Shown here in pieces: positions 6,868-8,521 of a DNA stretch of 8,521 bases (within the stretch, counting starts at the first letter, position 1; each line of letters opens with the position of its first letter). The translations under genes were made by a program, and so were the position numbers. The notes below the pieces were generated by a model, which saw only the letters and a program-made list of their open reading frames with translations, did no database searches and was not told the origin of the DNA. Location: contig NW_021828427.1 in the NCBI RefSeq assembly GCF_006345805.1, positions 1-8,521 on the forward strand. Reading direction: 5' to 3'. The stretch comes from Octopus sinensis (taxonomy: Eukaryota).

Positions 6868-6881
6868 TATTTGTTGCGTTT

Positions 6882-6919
6882 CTTTTCATTATATGTTTTT
6901 CTTTTCATTATATATTTTT
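6882..6919. repeat. 19-bp tandem duplication inside the LINE ORF
   Basis: CTTTTCATTATATGTTTTT (6882-6900) followed by CTTTTCATTATATATTTTT (6901-6919), 18/19 identical. Confidence 0.92.
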
Positions 6920-8521
6920 GGTAAATTTGGGGCGGCTCTGGTCTTGTACTGCAATTAAAGATCCTTCAGTCTCTGCATTGAGTCATAAGCTTCTCAACCA
7001 TTGTTGGGATTTTGCTTTGTCTATTTCTTTCGTGTTTAGTTTAACTCAGTATTTGCCATGAAGGAACTTTTCTTGCCGTCGTTTTATCATGATCCGTTGC
7101 TGTTCCAGGTTTAGTTTGGATTTCATTTGTTTTACAGCTTTTGTTGTTTCTTCTTTTTCTTCATAGTTGTTAGGTACTATGACTTCTTTTTAGTATTTGT
7201 CAGCTTCCTTAAAGACTGAAAACAGTTTTTCTGTTTTGTTCGTGTTTCCTGGCTATTTGTATTAGTTTTCCTTGCTTCTGAAGTAGGTATTTCTGTAGTC
7301 CTATGGTGGTTATTTTGTAATGATTTTCTAGCTGTATAAGGCCTCTACCACCTTCTATACGTTGTAATCATAAATTTTCTATGTCAGTTTGGGTGGTGCA
7401 TCCTAAATCTTGTCAATGTTTTTTGTTTTGTTTTCCTGTCTATTTTGATTAGTTCATTTAGTGTCCATTTAAGGATATTGTAGCTGTAACTTATAACTGA
7501 GACGGCTAGAATGTTGATACCTATAATCTTGTTTTTCGCATTGAGCAGTTTTCAGTATTAATCTAACTCGTCTATAGTATTCTTTTTTATTTTCTCTTTC
7601 ATTTGTATCGTATCTAATTCATTGATTCCTAAGTATTTATATGTCTGGCTTTGGTCTTATTTCATTTGCTTTATCTAGTGTGATTTTGCTAGTCTTAACT
7701 AGTTTTCTTCTTTTCAAGGTTGCCTTGGCACATTTTTCTAAGCCAAATTTCATGTTTATTTCTTTGGTAAATCTATGTACTGTCTGTAGTAATCTTTCCA
7801 GCTGTTTATCATTTGTAGCGTGCAGTTTTAGATTATCCATATATAAGATGTGGCCGATTGTTTTGCCGTAACAGTTGTATCCACATCCAGTTCTGTTTAG
7901 CATGTCAGATAAAAGTGTCAGTACCAAGCAGAAAAGGTGTGGAGAAAGCGTGTCTTCTAATGGGGATGGCATTGGTTTTTATAAGTCCCTCTTTTGTCTG
8001 GAGCTGTAGCACTGTCTGCTATTTATTCATAGAATGTGTTATATATCTTATGATTGTTGGCGCTTCCTAGTTCATGTCTAGTGTTTTTAGGATCCATGTG
8101 TGGGGAATACAGTTGAAAGCCTTTCGGTAATCGATCCAGGCCATAATTAGACCTTTCTTCTTTCTGCGGCTCTCTTCAGTTATGACTTTACTGATCAATA
8201 GCTGATCTTTACAACCGTATGAGTCTTTGCAGCATCCCTTCTGCTCTTCTGGAAACAGGTTGTTTTCTTCCAGATGCTTGCTCATTCTCTGCGATGTTAT
8301 TGCAGCAAAGGCTTAGTAAATTGTAGGGAGAAAATTTATTGGTCTGTAATTTTGAAGGTTTGCTGTTTCGGTGGCTATGGAAATTAGGATAGTTTTCCCT
8401 TCCAAGAGCCATTCAGGCATTGTCTCTGGCTCTGCTACTATTTCATTAAATTTCTCATCCAGCTTTTTATTTGTTCCTGTCAGGTATTTTAACCAGAAGT
8501 TGGGGATCTTATCGTGCCGGG

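Larger units (their letters stand above)
6239..8519 (-). pseudogene. Disrupted ORF: reverse transcriptase, thumb, CCHC zinc knuckle (6748-6801) and restriction-like endonuclease
   Basis: Premature stops at 8313-8315, 8067-8069, 8019-8021, 7368-7370, 7190-7192, 7046-7048, 6983-6985 and 6589-6591, plus roughly ten frameshifts. YMDN replaces YMDD (7832-7843), KAFN replaces KAFD (8112-8114), and the GxxQG motif is missing near 7955. Natural stop TAA at 6239-6241. Confidence 0.93.
6127..8521 (-). mobile_element. R4/Dong-clade (RLE-type) non-LTR retrotransposon, 3' 2.4 kb, continuing beyond the window end
   Basis: Minus-strand translation across frameshifts gives HDKIPNFWLK, NYRP, EEQKGC-GCKDQLL, AWIDYRKAF, DTLSP, LYMDN, KFGLEKCA, YKYLGI, GGRGL, LHGKY, CRICGDEQETVNHIVSGC, RHD, ANRLDIV, LIDV, EKLSKYKDL, PIIVGALG, GTAHILRKTL; then a ~100-nt 3' UTR and TAATAATAACAAT tail. 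Confidence 0.95.

Noticed and set aside
6159-8070. ORF-track entries 6159-6515(-), 6184-6381(+), 6378-6620(+), 6807-7061(+), 7641-7871(+), 7858-8070(+) as separate genes
   Set aside because: They are off-frame or antisense shadows of the retrotransposon ORF.
6589-8114. Deaminase-type G-to-A hypermutation of the LINE (D to N twice, W to stop three times)
   Set aside because: Too few sites, mixed contexts including CpG, and other stops need transversions; cannot be judged without a consensus.
1-8521. CRISPR array or prokaryotic defence/operon system
   Set aside because: No repeat-spacer periodicity or gene-dense structure; content is typical animal repetitive DNA.

Overview
Repeat-dominated eukaryotic non-coding DNA with no supportable intact protein-coding gene. 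It is most likely cephalopod (Octopus-like), judged from SINE families recalled from memory, not from a database search. Bases 1-3775 are mostly compound microsatellites, which generate the low-complexity ORFs in the track. Bases 3776-4700 are unique-looking DNA holding an unexplained inverted pair of 72/73-bp modules (octamer ATGCAAAT plus CGTGGGAA, identical spacing) and two more octamer-related sites. Bases 4703-6139 are a stack of small elements separated by (TA)n tracts: tRNA-derived SINE pieces, a 241-bp Tc1/mariner-type MITE with TA flanks, and two degenerate hammerhead-like motifs. Bases 6127-8521 (minus strand) are the 3' 2.4 kb of a dead R4/Dong-clade non-LTR retrotransposon (RT, CCHC knuckle, restriction-like endonuclease, 3' UTR, TAA tail), interrupted by a 61-bp SINE-tail insertion and a 19-bp duplication.
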